The notes under the pieces: generated by a model
Seen by the model: only the letters and a program-made list of their open reading frames with translations
Databases searched by the model: none
What the model was told of the DNA's origin: nothing
Made by a program: the position numbers and the translations under genes
In this document: one piece after another, positions 61,994-64,000 of the stretch
Numbering within the stretch: the stretch's first letter is position 1
Layout: the number at the start of each line of letters is the position of its first letter
Source: an uncultured Gammaproteobacteria bacterium
GTDB lineage: Bacteria > Patescibacteriota > Patescibacteriia > UBA11705
NCBI GenBank assembly: GCA_964413735.1
Contig: CAYPSS010000003.1
Coordinates: forward strand, 106,626-170,625
DNA length: 64,000 bases
Direction of reading: 5' to 3'

Positions 61994-64000
61994 ATGTCAT
62001 TGTTAAGTTTAATTTTCGGCGATCAAAACGAAAAATATATTAAAACTTTGTCCCCGCTCGTGGAGAAAATTAATGAATATGAAAAACAAATATCAACCTT
62101 AACTGATGAACAGTTGAAAAGTAAAACTATTGAATTTAAAAATCGTTTAACGCAAAATGAAACGCTGGACGATATTTTGCCCGAAGCGTTTGCGGTAGTC
62201 CGGGAAGCATCGAAGAGAACTACGGGTATGCGTCATTTTGATGTGCAGTTAATTGGTGGAATAGTTTTGCATCGTGGTGAAATCGCGGAAATGAAAACCG
62301 GAGAAGGTAAAACCTTGGTAGCAACCACGGCGGTTTATTTAAACGCTTTGGCGGGCAAAGGTGTGCATGTAGTAACGGTTAATGATTATTTGGCGCGTCG
62401 TGATGCCGTATGGATGAGTCAAGTTTATAATTTTTTGGGTTTGAGTATCGGGGTGATTCAGCACGAAAAATCTTTTTTGTACGATGAATCTTTTAAAGGT
62501 TCTGATGTGGTGGATGCCGGTCGCGACGAACAAGCCAGTTACAAGGTGGAGGATGCGTATTTGCGTCCATGTACTCGTCAGGAAGCTTATGGTGCGGATA
62601 TTACCTATGGAACCAATAATGAATTTGGATTTGATTATTTGCGTGATAACATGGCGCCCACCTTGTCTCAAAAAGTGCAACGCGGTTGGAGTTATGCCAT
62701 TGTGGATGAGGTTGATTCAATTTTAATTGATGAAGCGCGGACGCCACTGATTATTTCCGCACCGGCGGAAGAATCGGCCAATTTGTATGGAAAGTTTGCG
62801 GGGCTGGTCCCACAATTGGAGGTCAATCGAGATTTTAATATTGATGAAAAAATGAAAGCTACCACTTTGACGGAAGCGGGAATTAATCGAATTGAGAATA
62901 TGCTTGGGATGGGAAATATTTATACTCAAGGTGGTATGCAAATGGTGCATCATTTGGAACAAGCTTTGCGCGCGCATGCATTATTCAAAAAAGATGTGGA
63001 TTATGTGGTGAAGGATGGTGAAGTGATTATTATTGATGAATTTACCGGACGCTTGATGCCCGGTCGTCGCTATTCCGAAGGATTACATCAAGCCATTGAA
63101 GCAAAAGAAGGCGTGGAAGTGAAAAAAGAAAGTCGAACTTTAGCAACCGTTAGTTTCCAAAATTATTTCCGATTGTATGATAAATTAGCCGGTATGACCG
63201 GTACGGCGGTGACGGAAGCGGAAGAGTTTAACAGTATTTATAAATTGGATGTGACGGTCATTCCGACCAATAAACCGATTGAACGAAAAGATTTGTCTGA
63301 TCGGATTTATGCTACGGAAATGGGGAAATTCAAGGCGGTGATTGAACAAATAAAACAAATTCACGCTACCGGGCAACCGGTATTGGTGGGTACGATTTCG
63401 ATTGAAAAAAATGAATTTTTATCTTCTTTGTTAAAACAAGCCGGGATTACTCATAATCTGTTAAACGCCAAACATCATGAGCGAGAAGCGGAAATTATTG
63501 CGCAAGCCGGACGCGTCGGGGCGGTGACGATTGCTACGAACATGGCCGGTCGTGGTGTGGATATTATTTTGGGTGGAGCGCCTTTTAACAAGGAAGAATA
63601 TGACAAAGTGGTGAAATTGGGTGGGTTGTATATTTTGGGTACCGAACGCCATGAATCGCGACGAATTGATAATCAGCTTCGTGGACGAGCCGGTCGGCAG
63701 GGCGATCCGGGTGTTTCCCAATTTTCCGTTTCCATGGAAGATGATTTGATGCGAATATTTGGTTCTGATCGGGTGAAAGGTTTGATGCAACGCTTGGGTT
63801 TGCCCGAAGATATGCCGATTGAAAATCGAATGATTTCCAATTCCATTGAGTCGGCGCAAAAAAGAGTGGAAGGCAATAACTTTGATATTCGAAAACACTT
63901 GGTGCAATATGATGATGTGATCAATAAACAACGCGAGGCGATTTACAAAAAGCGTGATGAAATTTTGGATTTATTCGAAAATCAGCCGGAGAAATTATCT
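61994..64000 (+). CDS. secA: Preprotein translocase subunit SecA (runs off window end)
   Basis: Hand translation: [75 protein letters not shown]. Confidence 0.97.
   Translation, partial: MSLLSLIFGDQNEKYIKTLSPLVEKINEYEKQISTLTDEQLKSKTIEFKNRLTQNETLDDILPEAFAVVREASKRTTGMRHFDVQLIGGIVLHRGEIAEMKTGEGKTLVATTAVYLNALAGKGVHVVTVNDYLARRDAVWMSQVYNFLGLSIGVIQHEKSFLYDESFKGSDVVDAGRDEQASYKVEDAYLRPCTRQEAYGADITYGTNNEFGFDYLRDNMAPTLSQKVQRGWSYAIVDEVDSILIDEARTPLIISAPAEESANLYGKFAGLVPQLEVNRDFNIDEKMKATTLTEAGINRIENMLGMGNIYTQGGMQMVHHLEQALRAHALFKKDVDYVVKDGEVIIIDEFTGRLMPGRRYSEGLHQAIEAKEGVEVKKESRTLATVSFQNYFRLYDKLAGMTGTAVTEAEEFNSIYKLDVTVIPTNKPIERKDLSDRIYATEMGKFKAVIEQIKQIHATGQPVLVGTISIEKNEFLSSLLKQAGITHNLLNAKHHEREAEIIAQAGRVGAVTIATNMAGRGVDIILGGAPFNKEEYDKVVKLGGLYILGTERHESRRIDNQLRGRAGRQGDPGVSQFSVSMEDDLMRIFGSDRVKGLMQRLGLPEDMPIENRMISNSIESAQKRVEGNNFDIRKHLVQYDDVINKQREAIYKKRDEILDLFENQPEKLS

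Noticed and set aside
62339-63931. Short ORFs listed in the last 2 kb
   Set aside because: Shadow frames of secA, which is missing from the track because it has no stop within the window.

Overview
AT-rich, gene-dense bacterial chromosome segment. Gene content and style (CPR-type pilin domains, split transketolase, archaeal-type UMP kinase, membrane-anchored Clp ATPase, AT-rich starts without a Shine-Dalgarno) suggest a Patescibacteria/Parcubacteria genome; this taxonomy is inference. Housekeeping genes include clpC, htpX, lemA, pmm/pgm, murI, rseP, gap, pilD, ligA, gatCA, pyrH, queH, uvrD/pcrA, transketolase N/C, a WecA/TagO-like transferase, rplU, recR, ybaB, dnaB, folD, glyA, elp3, murC, pgeF, murB, raiA and the start of secA. 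I saw no rRNA, tRNA, CRISPR array or intact transposase/integrase. The most striking signal is a dispersed family of 8-9 stand-alone orphan expression cassettes. Each has a TTGAYN-16/17 bp -10 promoter, a short leader, a strong Shine-Dalgarno that native genes almost entirely lack, one orphan ORF and its own intrinsic terminator. In each leader the SD/start region can fold into a small hairpin, and three leaders carry a boxA-like motif. Other points of interest: a GC-rich structured transcript at 47.2-47.6 kb, three mosaic LRR-like paralogs, a pilin-M15 peptidase fusion, REP-like repeats and a GxxExxY pseudogene.
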